The notes beneath the pieces are model-generated. The model was not told where the DNA came from. It was given only the letters and a program-made list of their open reading frames with translations, and did not search any database. From positions 2,528,001 through 2,592,000 of the forward strand of contig OY760175.1 in NCBI GenBank assembly GCA_963663165.1: a DNA stretch of 64,000 nt, read 5' to 3'. This DNA comes from an uncultured Desulfospira sp. (GTDB lineage: Bacteria > Desulfobacterota > Desulfobacteria > Desulfobacterales > Desulfobacteraceae). The position numbers were made by a program, and so were the translations under genes. Numbering within the stretch: the stretch's first letter is position 1; each line of letters opens with the position of its first letter. Shown here piece after piece: positions 50,441 through 61,199 of the stretch.

Positions 50441-51979
50441 CCCTACAACGTAACTTAGGGTGTATTCTTTCTATCAAGAAGCCTCCTTTTTCGATGCGAT
50501 AGATATGCAGCGTGATTGCGCCTTTGGTAATACAAAACCGATTGTATAACGGTATGAAAATGACAAGGTCTCAATGGCAAAACCACCTCCATTAGTATTC
50601 TAAGCTGCGACACTGTAATAGATGGAGCTTTTTTTTCCCATCCTGATTTTCAGGTGCCACAAGAAAAAATGTGCAAGCATGCACGTTATTATATGATGAT
50701 TCCAGCCTGGGTATTTACGGACCTCATAATGATCCATGCCAAGTTCAGTCTTGGTTTCCTCAAAACACTGTTCAATTGCCCAACGAATACCACTAAGCCA
50801 TACAAAAAGCTTTAATCTGGCACTAACCCCGGCATTGCTAAGGAAAAATTTATAATCCGGGGATTTCCCAAGGGTTCGCCTCATGATCAGCCACACCGAT
50901 TTTGTAGGCGTGTTTCCTTTGGAAAGTACCACTCGTCTTTTGGTAAATTCATATTCAATAGGTCCTTTGGTACCTTCAGATACTTTCCGGCGGTACCAGA
51001 AAAAATCATTTATATTTTTTGCGATAGTTTTGACATCGACCGGCTTTTTGGAGGATTTTTCAACAACTATTTTTGTACGCTGCTCTCCTTTGTATTTGTA
51101 AGTTTTTTCAACGGTAATAGGTCTGTTAAACCAGCATTGAGTATTACAAGGAACTTCTACAAAATAGGTCAAATCCGGATGTTGCTCAACAGCTTCAATA
51201 AAATCATCACTGTTGCCATACAATGAATCCGCGGTAACATACTTAAACGGCACGATGGCTTCTTCTGCGAGTTCGTTCAACATTTCGGAAGCCAATTGCG
51301 GTTTTGTCTTAAACGAAACAGACTCAGGCAGTTTGCACTTTTTTCTTCCCTGTTTGTGATCGTCTTTAAACCATAGTTCAGGTATAAACAGTCGTTTATC
51401 AATCAATCCGTAGCCCTTTGGGGAAGCATAGGCTGCAAAAACACCCACTTGGCTGTTTTCAACCTTGCCGACATTCCCGCAATATTGTCTGGCAACACCG
51501 ATGGATTCATTGCCTTTTTTAACAAAACCGCTTTCATCAAAAATAAGAACGCCATCAGGTGTCCCCATATCTTCATTTATGAGATTACGATACTTGGCCA
51601 TAATATTGGCGTCATTCCATTCAGCATCGCTAATAAAACGCTGCATTGCCCTAACATTGCCATCTTCAACGGCCAGAGCAATGGGTTCAATTGATTTTCT
51701 TTCCAGGTCACTAAATTGCCCAGCCATATACCTGAAAAAATGTTCCCTTGACTCAGAACGATGAAAACAGTCGTGGAAAATTTCATGAAACCCTTTAAGT
51801 TCATTGAAAAAATTTTTTACATCCCCTTCACAGATATCAAATTTGGGGATAGGATAAAGGTACTCATCTTTTCGGATTTCAGGCAACATACTCTACCTCC
51901 TATATAAAAGTTATATTGCGGAGTGTAGCAGATTATGTTACCTAAAACAATAATATTAAATATAAGTCACGTTGTAGGG
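50441..51979 (-). mobile_element. IS701 family element
   Basis: TIR CCCTACAACGT(A/G)ACTTA; TTAA on both flanks (50437-50440 and 51980-51983). Confidence 0.88.
50600..51889 (-). CDS. IS701 family transposase (C-terminus may continue in the +1 frame to 50455)
   Basis: FDESGFVKKG..S.GVARQYCG..GKVENSQ, ADSLYG and RWAIEQCFEETK.ELGMDHYE motifs. Confidence 0.93.
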   Translation of the reverse strand: MLPEIRKDEYLYPIPKFDICEGDVKNFFNELKGFHEIFHDCFHRSESREHFFRYMAGQFSDLERKSIEPIALAVEDGNVRAMQRFISDAEWNDANIMAKYRNLINEDMGTPDGVLIFDESGFVKKGNESIGVARQYCGNVGKVENSQVGVFAAYASPKGYGLIDKRLFIPELWFKDDHKQGRKKCKLPESVSFKTKPQLASEMLNELAEEAIVPFKYVTADSLYGNSDDFIEAVEQHPDLTYFVEVPCNTQCWFNRPITVEKTYKYKGEQRTKIVVEKSSKKPVDVKTIAKNINDFFWYRRKVSEGTKGPIEYEFTKRRVVLSKGNTPTKSVWLIMRRTLGKSPDYKFFLSNAGVSARLKLFVWLSGIRWAIEQCFEETKTELGMDHYEVRKYPGWNHHIITCMLAHFFLWHLKIRMGKKSSIYYSVAA

Positions 51980-52020
51980 TTAAACATTGCTTAACAAACA
52001 ACGGATATTAAGGAGCCCCC

Positions 52021-52770
52021 ATGGCAAACACAAAAAAAGACTTATTCTGCCTGGTTACGCCTGTTTTTATCTTTTTGTTTTTGACGGTGCCCGTGGTTCA
52101 CGGGGATGGTATCCCCGAATTTACGATGGCAACAGAGGACTGGCCGCCTTACAATTTTAAGGAGGACGGTGTCGTTAAAGGGATTTCAACAGATACGCTT
52201 GTCCTTATGCTTGAGCGGACAGGGTCGTCCCAGGGCCGCAGCGATGTCAGGTTATACCCATGGGCACGGGCCTATCATATGGGCCTGAATCAACCCGGTA
52301 CGATTTTATTCACCACCACCCGAACGGCTAAAAGGGAGAATCTCTTTAAATGGGTTGGGCCGATCTTTGAAATCTATTTTTATCTGTATGCGTTGAAAAG
52401 CCGGCAGCTTAAAATTAATTCGCTTGACGATATCAAAACATTGAGAATCGGAACACACCTGGCGGATGCCGCAGAAGAGGTGTTGATCAGTAAGACGAAT
52501 ATGAGCGTCACTGACTTTGAGCGGGTAAGTTCAAATTTGAGCAACATGAAAAAACTGTTGCTTGGCAGGATCGATCTGATCTTCCAGAGCAGAGAAACAA
52601 CCATTAACACAGCCAAAGAAGCCGGACTCAACCCGGATGACTTTGATCCGGTTTTCCTGGTTGATCAAAAAGGGATGTATTTCGCCTTTCACAAGGATAT
52701 CCCAGATTCGGTGACAGCCCTGATGCAAAAGGCATTTGATGATATCAAAAAACCAGGGGGAACTATCTGA
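52021..52770 (+). CDS. Family 3 substrate-binding protein (probable frameshift near the C-terminus)
   Basis: TEDWPPYNF, YPWARA and FKWVGP motifs. Confidence 0.85.
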   Translation: MANTKKDLFCLVTPVFIFLFLTVPVVHGDGIPEFTMATEDWPPYNFKEDGVVKGISTDTLVLMLERTGSSQGRSDVRLYPWARAYHMGLNQPGTILFTTTRTAKRENLFKWVGPIFEIYFYLYALKSRQLKINSLDDIKTLRIGTHLADAAEEVLISKTNMSVTDFERVSSNLSNMKKLLLGRIDLIFQSRETTINTAKEAGLNPDDFDPVFLVDQKGMYFAFHKDIPDSVTALMQKAFDDIKKPGGTI

Positions 52771-52926
52771 AATCTTTCATCGTTATGGAAAGAGAACCGG
52801 TATTTAGTTTCTGAAAATCCCGTCATGATCTGGGCTGGACCCCATTTTGGGATCACCCTGTCGGTATTATCGGCGCCGATGAACGGCTAAAACCGATTCT
52901 GTTTCGGCCCGGCCTTTTCCAAAGAT

Positions 52927-53403
52927 TCATTTGGACGGCCAGATGGCCTGGCCCCGGGATGTAAACGAGGACCGGGCACCGATCATGATGGTCTCGACAA
53001 TGGGGGGATTGACCGGTTTGGCGGCCTTCCATTCAACGATGAAGTTGGCTCCGGACCCGCCGGCCTTGTCCTTTTCCGGGACAATGTACCGGGTGGATTC
53101 CAGGGCCTGGAGGGGTTTGGGGGCTTCCAGGTAACTTTTCAGCAGCTTTCCTGCGGTGTCATAGTAAGCCACCCGGGCAACCTCAATGGCATTGTCCGGG
53201 TCTGTATTTCTGATGCTCAGGGTAACGGCCAAAAGAAAGGGATTTTCCCTGTTGCCGCTGTAAATATGGGAGTAGGCCGGCACATAAAGGGTCTGGCCCG
53301 TACTCAGCCGGCCATCCGCCGGCTCTTTTGCATAAAGGCCGGACAGCGTTAAAAGAACGATTAATGTCGATAAGGTTACGCCGGTAATCAGGATTTTTTT
53401 CAT
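52927..53403 (-). CDS. DUF3124 family exported protein
   Basis: YVPAYSHIY, LSIRNTD and GGSGANFIVEW motifs. Confidence 0.8.
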   Translation of the reverse strand: MKKILITGVTLSTLIVLLTLSGLYAKEPADGRLSTGQTLYVPAYSHIYSGNRENPFLLAVTLSIRNTDPDNAIEVARVAYYDTAGKLLKSYLEAPKPLQALESTRYIVPEKDKAGGSGANFIVEWKAAKPVNPPIVETIMIGARSSFTSRGQAIWPSK

Positions 53404-53709
53404 GATAGTGTCACCTATTTAGCCGTTAGCTGTTAGCCATTAGCCTTTAGCGGTCCATGGCAAAGTGAACGTCAGGGGCGAATCATTTTACGGGGCTTTG
53501 GCGGGGCCTCAACAATGAATACCCTGATAAAAAGGAAATATATAAAAAATCCGTTCCTGTCAATCTGCCAGGCCGGCTGGTCCGGCGAAATCGCGTTTGT
53601 AATCCGGCATAATAGTTGGATGCTTTTTGTAAATTTAATGTAAAAAAAGGAAACCGGAGAAAAGGAGACGGGAGACCGAAACCGTCAAGTTCCCTGGTTT
53701 GAGCGGTAG

Positions 53710-53762
53710 GGTTGGAGCAGGCCATGCCCGCGATTCGATCGCGGGCATGGCCCGCTCCAACC
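53710..53762. repeat. REP doublet hairpin
   Basis: 25-bp arms GGTTGGAGC(A/G)GGCCATGCCCGCGAT with one mismatch and a 3-nt loop. Confidence 0.75.
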
Positions 53763-53820
53763 TATCATCTGCAGAAAATATGATGATGGATACCGGATGT
53801 TGCGGTGGTGTTGGGCGCCC

Positions 53821-53848
53821 GTAGGGGCGATTCATGAATCACCCTTAC
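53821..53848. repeat. GTAG-type REP palindrome
   Basis: GTAGGGGCGATTCATGAATCACCCTTAC. Confidence 0.7.
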
Positions 53849-54703
53849 ATGAATAACCACTAGATGGGACACTGATGAATAGTTACCTTTGCTCAAGATA
53901 CCGACTGATTCCTTTGATGTTGTTACCGATAAAATACGCTTCTCTGATTTTGGTATGGTTTTCAAAATCCTCAAAACTCTTTAGTCGTTCATCTACTTTG
54001 AGCAGCGTCTTCATGCTATTTTGAATTACCTCTTTTCTGTCTTTTAACGGATATTTCATCAAGTTTTTTAGGATAATCGGAGTCGCCTCCTAGCGGCGGG
54101 GTTGGACCAAGCATAATGCTGCGGTTGCAAGCCGCAGATTTAGGTCGTTAAAGTGTTGACTATATAACTGCCATGGGCCACAAGCCCACAACGAATAATG
54201 AAACTGAAGATACCAGCAACGGTAGCCTATAAATTGGGCACCGCAGGTGCTTCGCCCTCTTGTCTCTTGTTTCTTGTCTCCAGTTTCTTATAACGGCCAC
54301 GGGCCGTCTTGGTTATCCAACCAAGCACCGCCCACAACAAATATTGAAAGTCTTCTCAGGACCTTAGTGAGACTTTCTTATAAAAGGCTATAAGTTCTTA
54401 GATTAAAATTTTTGGACCCGCCTGATGAGATTCAAATAGTGTAACGGTATTATAGATTTAAGACATCAACAAAATATCAAATTTTTGTATAATTTAAGCT
54501 TGTTGCAAGAGGGGGTCAATAAAAACAGAGTTGCAAAATAATGTAACGGGCTAAAAATAATTCAATAATGATCTGTGGTTTCGCGTTTTTCAACAATCAG
54601 TCAGGCAAAAATCGACATCAAAATATATAAGGATAAAATACAGGCAGGCCAACTTCGGCTTATACCAAAGTGACCTGTTGATGCAGATAGGTTGTGATAA
54701 GGA

Positions 54704-55366
54704 TTATTGGGGAGGCAGATCTGATATAAATTCCAGGGCAAGATTAATATCAACAAATTGATGATTCAGTTCCTTTGCTCTGTCCCGGCAGTCTGTACAG
54801 ATTTCTTTAAATTTGCGCATATCACCTTTAACAGACATATAAATCTGCTCAACGGCTTCCTGCTGGATGTCTTTGTATTCTTCAATGAAGTCCTCGACCT
54901 CTATGGGATACAAAATCAGGGTTTTCAAGCGGCTGAGTATATCAGGATGGTTCCGGCTCAAATAAGTTCTCACCTTCGGCAAGCCCGCAAATACGATGGG
55001 AACCCCGGCATCAATAATCCGTTTGAGATATGGCCAAACCCGGGCGTCCAAGTCATTAGCCTCATCTATGACGATAAAACAATTGGAGAGATTACAGATC
55101 ATTTTCAGGTACTGGGGAGTCCGGCGGTAAGTGGCAGTGGCCTCATAATTTAATTCCTTGAGTATTGCGGCCAGGGTTTCATGTATATTAAACAGAGACT
55201 CAACCCATACAGAATGGAGCTTTTTGGGGTGCAGCAATTTTAAAAACCGGGTTTTTCCTGCACCAAAGCCGCCTTCAATGAGGACGCTTTGGCCTCTGTA
55301 GATCCGGTTATAAGTGGCAGACAAGTATGAGACCCTTCGTTTATCACTGATAAAATCCTCTTTCAT
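54704..55366 (-). CDS. Transposition AAA+ ATPase (MuB/TniB/IstB-like)
   Basis: Walker A GGFGAGKT and Walker B IVIDEAN; overlaps the transposase stop. Confidence 0.85.
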   Translation of the reverse strand: MKEDFISDKRRVSYLSATYNRIYRGQSVLIEGGFGAGKTRFLKLLHPKKLHSVWVESLFNIHETLAAILKELNYEATATYRRTPQYLKMICNLSNCFIVIDEANDLDARVWPYLKRIIDAGVPIVFAGLPKVRTYLSRNHPDILSRLKTLILYPIEVEDFIEEYKDIQQEAVEQIYMSVKGDMRKFKEICTDCRDRAKELNHQFVDINLALEFISDLPPQ

Positions 55367-56990
55367 GTTATGTCTCCGTGGGATGCATAAGTGGCTACAT
55401 GGTTTGTATTTAAAGATTTTTGGCAGTCGAGCATAAATGCATTGAACAGAGCCTGATTTTTACGGTCATCCGGCTGGTTCATCTTTTTCATGTAATCTGC
55501 GTACCTTGATTGATTATGCTTCAGCACTTGTTCCGCCCGGGCCAGGGTGATGCCTTTATGATAAACTTCGATTAAAACAGGCCGGTCAACGGCCATATTG
55601 TGCTTTTCTAAAAGAGCGATAATGGTGTCAAGTTCATCAGGCGGCACAGGCGAAGGTTCCGGTGCCGGCGGTCTGTCAAAGGGCTTTTTTGCAATGGCTT
55701 CGCCCAACAGTATACCGTCTTCATTTTGCTCAAAAATAAAAAGCTTGTCCTTGTATCTGGATATTTTCACCGGTGTGCTTTTATGTTTGCTGAACTTATC
55801 TGCACCACTGGTCACATAATAATCCCGCTTGTCATGACGGATGGTTCTGTTTTTGGATACGGTGGCTTTGATTTTTCTGTAGCCGTACTTCATATATTCC
55901 TGAACCTGGTTCGGGGTAAAAAGCAAGGTGTCTGCCCGGGTTGATAAAAAATCATCAAATTTCTGTGCCGGCACCCAGGCACTGACCACCCCGTCTTCGG
56001 TAAAATAATGTTGTGTATGATTATGAACGTTTCGGTAGTCGCTGAGCATAGTGCTGCTCCTTAATTCCTGAAGGCTGATATCAAGGAGGGTTACCGTAAT
56101 TTTTTCCTTTCTTCCCCGCTTGAAGTCATATTCGGTAACGGTTTTCACAATCCTGTCCTCAAAAGCTTTGATAATCCGTATTTCAAAATTGTGAAGGCTC
56201 CGGTGTGAAGATTCCAGGTGTGCCTTATCCTTGGGTGAATACACCCTTGAAAAATCCGCAGCCAAATAGAAGCCTTGCGGTGTAGAGTGCGCAAGGTTAA
56301 TGGCATTGATGGGACGTTTTAGGTTTAAAAAACCCTTTGCCTGGTCAGGCCTGATACCGATTTCTTGCAAAGGGAAAGGGGTACTCAATAAAAAACGGGT
56401 AAAAAGATCCACAGAGTTCAGGCTGCTTTCGGTAAAATAAAAGTCCAGGATAAACATGTTCCTGGAACCGGTATCAAATATTTCAATAACCTGTGGCTTT
56501 TGCCAGTTACCGTGTTCATCTCTGATCCTTAGATATTGAAATTTGCAGCCGTCAACCTGGATCAACGCAAATACCGGCACCGACTTAAAGGCATGAATTA
56601 CCGGGACCTGGTCCTGTTCATCCTCTTTTTCCAGGTAAAATTTAAGATTTTCCCTTTTGACGCATCGCCGAAGTGCATGAAGACTGATGGGTCTGCCCAA
56701 TTCCTGTTCAAGCCAGTAATGATAATTTTTAATGGTCCTGGCTTTCCGGGTGATAAAAATGAATCCCCGGGATGAGGGATCGCATGACGCCTTGACCATT
56801 TCAATAAACCGTCTTCTGGTTTGCTCATCTATTGCTCTTGGCCGTCCGCTGCACTTGCGGCCTTCCATAACTCCTTTTTCAACCAATAAAAGGGCTGGCG
56901 GGATAATTCCGGTTTTCTTGTACTGGTCCTTGTAATATTTTTTGGATCGTCTCTTGGCAGACCCGGTTTTATTCATGATTTTTTTGTGCA
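55363..56990 (-). pseudogene. DDE integrase-type transposase, body separated from its N-terminus by an insertion
   Basis: QVDG, RPDQ and HLESSH triad; N-terminus MNDLTIDDRFHLL lies at 61200-61239. Confidence 0.85.
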
Positions 56991-57128
56991 TGAGAATGGT
57001 CACAAAAAATCATGGAAAAATTGAAGATAATTTGCAAGATATGTCAGGTTTGAGGCAGAAGTTCCCCTGTTTATCTCGCAAATAATCGTGAAACTCCTGC
57101 CTCCCCACCCAATAACAGGGCAGGAGAT

Positions 57129-57716
57129 ATGCTATCAGAAGTTCTGAAAAACGAAAGTTTTTTTTGGGATCTATACAAAATAGATCTGGCAACAGCCGAA
57201 CGTTATAGACAGATGAAGTGCCCCCACTGCCAGGGACCGTTGTATTATGCCAATTATCCGCGCAAACCCAGGGGGGAGCCTGAAGGGTTGTCTGAAGAAT
57301 GTTTTTTACAATTCAGTTTATGTTGCGGAAGGGAAGGCTGTCGACGTCGTTTGATCCCGCCAACCTGCCGTTTCCTTGGTAAAAACATTTACTGGTATGC
57401 GGCCATTCTGACGATTGTGTCCGACTGGCAGAACCAATCTGTAGGTATCACGATGTCCAGGTTTGCTGAAACAATCGGTATCTCCCGCAACACCCTTAGC
57501 CGCTGGGTCAGCTTATTCAAAGAAATATTTCCAACAAGCTCTCAATGGAAGAAAATCCGGGGCCGAGTACCTGCAAGCGTAAAAAATGATCGTCTTCCAG
57601 CAAGTTTGGTCAACTTCTATCTGCATCAACAGGCGTCCATCAAAAAAACGTTGATCTCCTGTTTGTCATTCTTGTCTCAAGGCAGTGAAATATCACAAAA
57701 AATAAGGGCCGGGTAA
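57129..57716 (+). CDS. Transposon-associated Zn-ribbon/HTH protein
   Basis: CPHC..YPRKPRG..SLCC..GCRRR; ISRNTLSRW HTH-like segment. Confidence 0.7.
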   Translation: MLSEVLKNESFFWDLYKIDLATAERYRQMKCPHCQGPLYYANYPRKPRGEPEGLSEECFLQFSLCCGREGCRRRLIPPTCRFLGKNIYWYAAILTIVSDWQNQSVGITMSRFAETIGISRNTLSRWVSLFKEIFPTSSQWKKIRGRVPASVKNDRLPASLVNFYLHQQASIKKTLISCLSFLSQGSEISQKIRAG

Positions 57717-57831
57717 TCTCACGCAGAAGATGGGCGTGGCCTTGGGCGCTCAACTGTTCTATCAAAGGGGCCGGGATTTTTATCAGCATTTCGCTGAAAA
57801 TTTTAACTCAAAATTGAAAGGACCCCGGCCT

Positions 57832-59277
57832 ATGAACAGTAAAAACCAAAGTCCGGTTGATAACTGGGCTTTGTTTCGCTTCTCAGTCGTTGGCGGTTTG
57901 CTGGCAAATCCGCCGGCCAAAGGTGAGCTGCGCAAGGAACTGGAAAAGCTTTCCTATCAGATTTACACCCATCCCATCACGAACGAATCAACGGTATTTC
58001 ATTTTTCAACTATTGAAAGCTGGTATTACAAGGCAAAAAATGCCCAGGACCCCATTATTGCTTTAGGGCGGAAAGTTCGTTCTGACTATGGCGGTTCAAT
58101 TGTATTCACACCTGAACTGATCCGGATGCTGGGCAGACAATACCGGACTTATCCGAACTGGAGCTACAAACTGCACGCAGATAATTTCGCAGCAGAACTC
58201 CAGGAAAAGGAGGCTTCAGTATCGGTACCATCCTATGCCAGTGTCCGGCGGCGGATGATCGAAAGGGGGTGGACCAGGAAGCCCTCAGCAAAGAAAAAAC
58301 AGACAGCGGGTATGAAAATTGCCGCAAAGCGGTTCGAAAGCCATGAAATCCGAGGATACGAAGCAGAATATGTTCACAGCCTGTGGCATCTGGATTTTCA
58401 TGAAGGCAGTCTGCGGGTGGTGGATAACAACGGTAACTGGTATACGCCCAAAGCCTTATGTATTCTTGACGACCATTCCCGCCTGTGCTGCCACATCCAA
58501 TGGTATTCAGGAGAAACCACCCAGGATTTGATTCATGGATTGACCCAGGCATTTTTCAAAAGGGGGCTTCCCAGGGCACTGATGACGGACAACGGATCTG
58601 CCATGACCTCCCATGAGTTTTGCAACGGTCTTAAAAAAACAGGGATACTTCATGAAACGACACTGCCCTACAGCCCTTATCAAAACGGTAAGCAGGAAGC
58701 CTTTTGGGGAACCCTTGAAGGCAGATTGATGGCCATGCTGACCCGGGTGGACCCTCTGACACTGGAATATCTCAATCACAGCAGTCAGGCCTGGGTCGAG
58801 ATGGAATATAACAAAACCAGGCATAGTGACATCGGCACATCTCCTGTTCAACGCATGCTTGAAGGCAAAGATGTTTCCCGGCCGGCACCGGATGAAGAGC
58901 AACTGAGGTTCGCCTTTACAGTCTGCGAATCCAGAAATCAGCGAAAATCTGACGGTACCGTGTCCATCAACGGGGTAAGATTTGAGATCCCTTCCCGGTT
59001 TCACCATATCCCTCGGTTACATGTCTGCTTTGCCAATTGGGATAAATCCATGGCCTGGCTCATGGACCAGAGAACCGGCAAACAGATTGCGCAGATCTAC
59101 CCCCAGGACAAAATCAAAAATGCTTCAGGAAAACGAAAGATCAAGTCGAGACCTGAGCATACCATTCTACCGGATGAAACATTGAAAGAATCCGAGCCTG
59201 CATTATTAAGAAAACTGATGGCCGAGTATGCCCAAAGCGGCATGCCTCCAGCCTATCTTCCCAAAGGAGAATCATGA
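57832..59277 (+). CDS. DDE integrase-type transposase (rve core, Mu-like C-terminus)
   Basis: LWHLDF, LDDHSR, TDNGSA and NGKQE motifs; DGTVSINGVRFEIP. Confidence 0.9.
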   Translation: MNSKNQSPVDNWALFRFSVVGGLLANPPAKGELRKELEKLSYQIYTHPITNESTVFHFSTIESWYYKAKNAQDPIIALGRKVRSDYGGSIVFTPELIRMLGRQYRTYPNWSYKLHADNFAAELQEKEASVSVPSYASVRRRMIERGWTRKPSAKKKQTAGMKIAAKRFESHEIRGYEAEYVHSLWHLDFHEGSLRVVDNNGNWYTPKALCILDDHSRLCCHIQWYSGETTQDLIHGLTQAFFKRGLPRALMTDNGSAMTSHEFCNGLKKTGILHETTLPYSPYQNGKQEAFWGTLEGRLMAMLTRVDPLTLEYLNHSSQAWVEMEYNKTRHSDIGTSPVQRMLEGKDVSRPAPDEEQLRFAFTVCESRNQRKSDGTVSINGVRFEIPSRFHHIPRLHVCFANWDKSMAWLMDQRTGKQIAQIYPQDKIKNASGKRKIKSRPEHTILPDETLKESEPALLRKLMAEYAQSGMPPAYLPKGES

Positions 59278-60101
59278 ACAACAAACAGCTTCTGGCTTAT
59301 TACGGCCTTAAATGGAACCCTTTTTTTCCTAATATCCCCGTGGAAGCCTTATGGCATCCGCCATTGATGAACAGTTTTATTTTTCGTCTTGAGAATATGA
59401 CCCTGAACGGGGGCTTTGCTTTGATCAGCGGGGACCCCGGCCTTGGCAAATCCAAGGCGTTGCAGATGATTGCCCAAAAGTTCGGTAAACTTGACGAGGT
59501 AGTTGTCGGGGTAATGGAACGTCCCCAAAGCAGTGTCGGAGACTTTTACCGGGAAATGGGAGTTTTGTTTGGTGTCAATTTGAGCCCTGCCAACCGGTAC
59601 GGCGGGTTCAAGGATCTTCGGGAGCGCTGGAAAAGTCATGTAAAAACCACCTTGTTCCGGCCCATCCTGCTCATAGATGAGGCCCAGGAGATGCTGACCG
59701 GATGCTTAAATGAACTGCGTTTGTTGAACAGCGCGGACTTTGACTCCCAAAACCTGTTGACCACCGTGATTTGCGGCGATGACCGGCTCCCGGAACGGTT
59801 CAGATCAAGATCCCTGGTATCGCTGGGAAGCCGGATGCAGTTCCGGCTGACGCTGCTTCCCTATGTCCGGGATGACCTGCTGGATTACATGGATCACAGC
59901 CTGAACCAGGCCGGCGCCCCGCACTTAATGACGAAAACTCTGATCAGGACCCTTGCAGACCATTGCGCCGGCAACCTGCGGGTTCTTAACAATATGGCCG
60001 CAGACCTGCTGACTGCGGGGATTGAAAAAGAACTCAATCAATTGGACGAAAAGCTTTTTATGGAAGTCTATTCCAGACAGCCGCCCAATAAAAAATCATA
60101 G
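59274..60101 (+). CDS. ExeA-like AAA+ ATPase (transposition helper)
   Basis: YGLKWNPF, GDPGLGKS and LIDEAQ motifs. Confidence 0.88.
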   Translation: MNNKQLLAYYGLKWNPFFPNIPVEALWHPPLMNSFIFRLENMTLNGGFALISGDPGLGKSKALQMIAQKFGKLDEVVVGVMERPQSSVGDFYREMGVLFGVNLSPANRYGGFKDLRERWKSHVKTTLFRPILLIDEAQEMLTGCLNELRLLNSADFDSQNLLTTVICGDDRLPERFRSRSLVSLGSRMQFRLTLLPYVRDDLLDYMDHSLNQAGAPHLMTKTLIRTLADHCAGNLRVLNNMAADLLTAGIEKELNQLDEKLFMEVYSRQPPNKKS

Positions 60102-60110
60102 GAGAACAAT

Positions 60111-60293
60111 ATGGGTATTTATGATGATCCGGACATGAAACTGGAAGAAATCACACAGGAATTGGAACATTTTATCCTGGATATGGTCCTTGCCGGACTT
60201 GAAAGCTTGAATATGGAATATCGGGCCTTCAGGCGATTCCAGAAACAAAGGCTCACGGAAAAGAACCGTCATAAAGAACACGAGCCGTTTTGA
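60111..60293 (+). CDS. Small hypothetical protein
   Basis: AGGAGA SD upstream; co-oriented between the ATPase and the primase. Confidence 0.5.
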   Translation: MGIYDDPDMKLEEITQELEHFILDMVLAGLESLNMEYRAFRRFQKQRLTEKNRHKEHEPF

Positions 60294-60330
60294 ACGTACG
60301 CCCGGACTCCAAAGGTCCGGGCCTGCCTCA

Positions 60331-61119
60331 ATGGAAAAAATACTTTGGAAAATCGGCAATTATTTTAAGCACCGCTTCAGCCTGGCAGTTCTTGATGAAA
60401 TTAAGGGCCGGTGGCCCGTTCTCCCCTCTTGTAAAAACATCCCTTATCTTAAAGCTGAAAATGCCGGAGGAAGGCACATCCTGATCAGACCTGATCCTGT
60501 TATTCAGCCTTATTATTTTCTTGCCGACGATTTAAACATTGACCTGCTTATCCGGCATCATCAATCCATATCAAACCGCTTTAAACCAGGCAGGATGGTT
60601 ATAGAAACATCTCCCGGCAATTATCAAATTTGGATTCACAGTGACCGTCCGTTAAGCCTTCCCGAAAAAAAGTATTGGTTGGAAAACATGCACAGTGATC
60701 CCGGCGCCGACCCGAAAAACAGGTGGGGCAGATGCCCCGGGTTCAGGAACAGAAAAGCAAAACACAGAACGCCTTCAGGACAATACCCTTTGGCAAAGCT
60801 ATTATGGGTGGACTGGAAATGCCAGGCTATTGTCCCTGAAATAGAATTATCCTCCCAACCTCAAGAAGTCTTTTCCCATCAACCCCGGGGGGGAGTGTGC
60901 CATAACGGTAATATTTCCCGCTCCCTCTATGATAAGGGTGACGAATCTGCCACTGATTTTGCATATGCTCTGGCCCTCTATAGAAGAGGTTTCTCACGAA
61001 TGGAAATTTACAATCGCATTATCAATGAAAGGCAGGATTGGATTAATCATGCGGGTGAACGAAAAAAAACACAGTATCTGATCAGGACATTACAGAAAGC
61101 TGAAAAAATTATCAGTTAA
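60331..61119 (+). CDS. RepB'-type DNA primase (AEP superfamily)
   Basis: LADDL, IETSPGNYQIW and RCPGFRNRK motifs; C-terminal DESATDFAYA helical domain. Confidence 0.8.
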   Translation: MEKILWKIGNYFKHRFSLAVLDEIKGRWPVLPSCKNIPYLKAENAGGRHILIRPDPVIQPYYFLADDLNIDLLIRHHQSISNRFKPGRMVIETSPGNYQIWIHSDRPLSLPEKKYWLENMHSDPGADPKNRWGRCPGFRNRKAKHRTPSGQYPLAKLLWVDWKCQAIVPEIELSSQPQEVFSHQPRGGVCHNGNISRSLYDKGDESATDFAYALALYRRGFSRMEIYNRIINERQDWINHAGERKKTQYLIRTLQKAEKIIS

Positions 61120-61199
61120 AATCGGGCTCTCTTGGCCTCCGGGAAAGCCCTTATTTACCATGAAACGTTGTCCATGAATTATCGTGATTGCTCTCAGCA

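Larger units (their letters stand above)
56991..61196 (+). mobile_element. Inner transposon (4206 bp) encoding a primase
   Basis: Imperfect TIRs TGAGAATGGTCACAAAAAATCATGGA / TGAGAGCAATCACGATAATTCATGGA; GCA on both flanks; removal restores the outer transposase frame. Confidence 0.88.
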
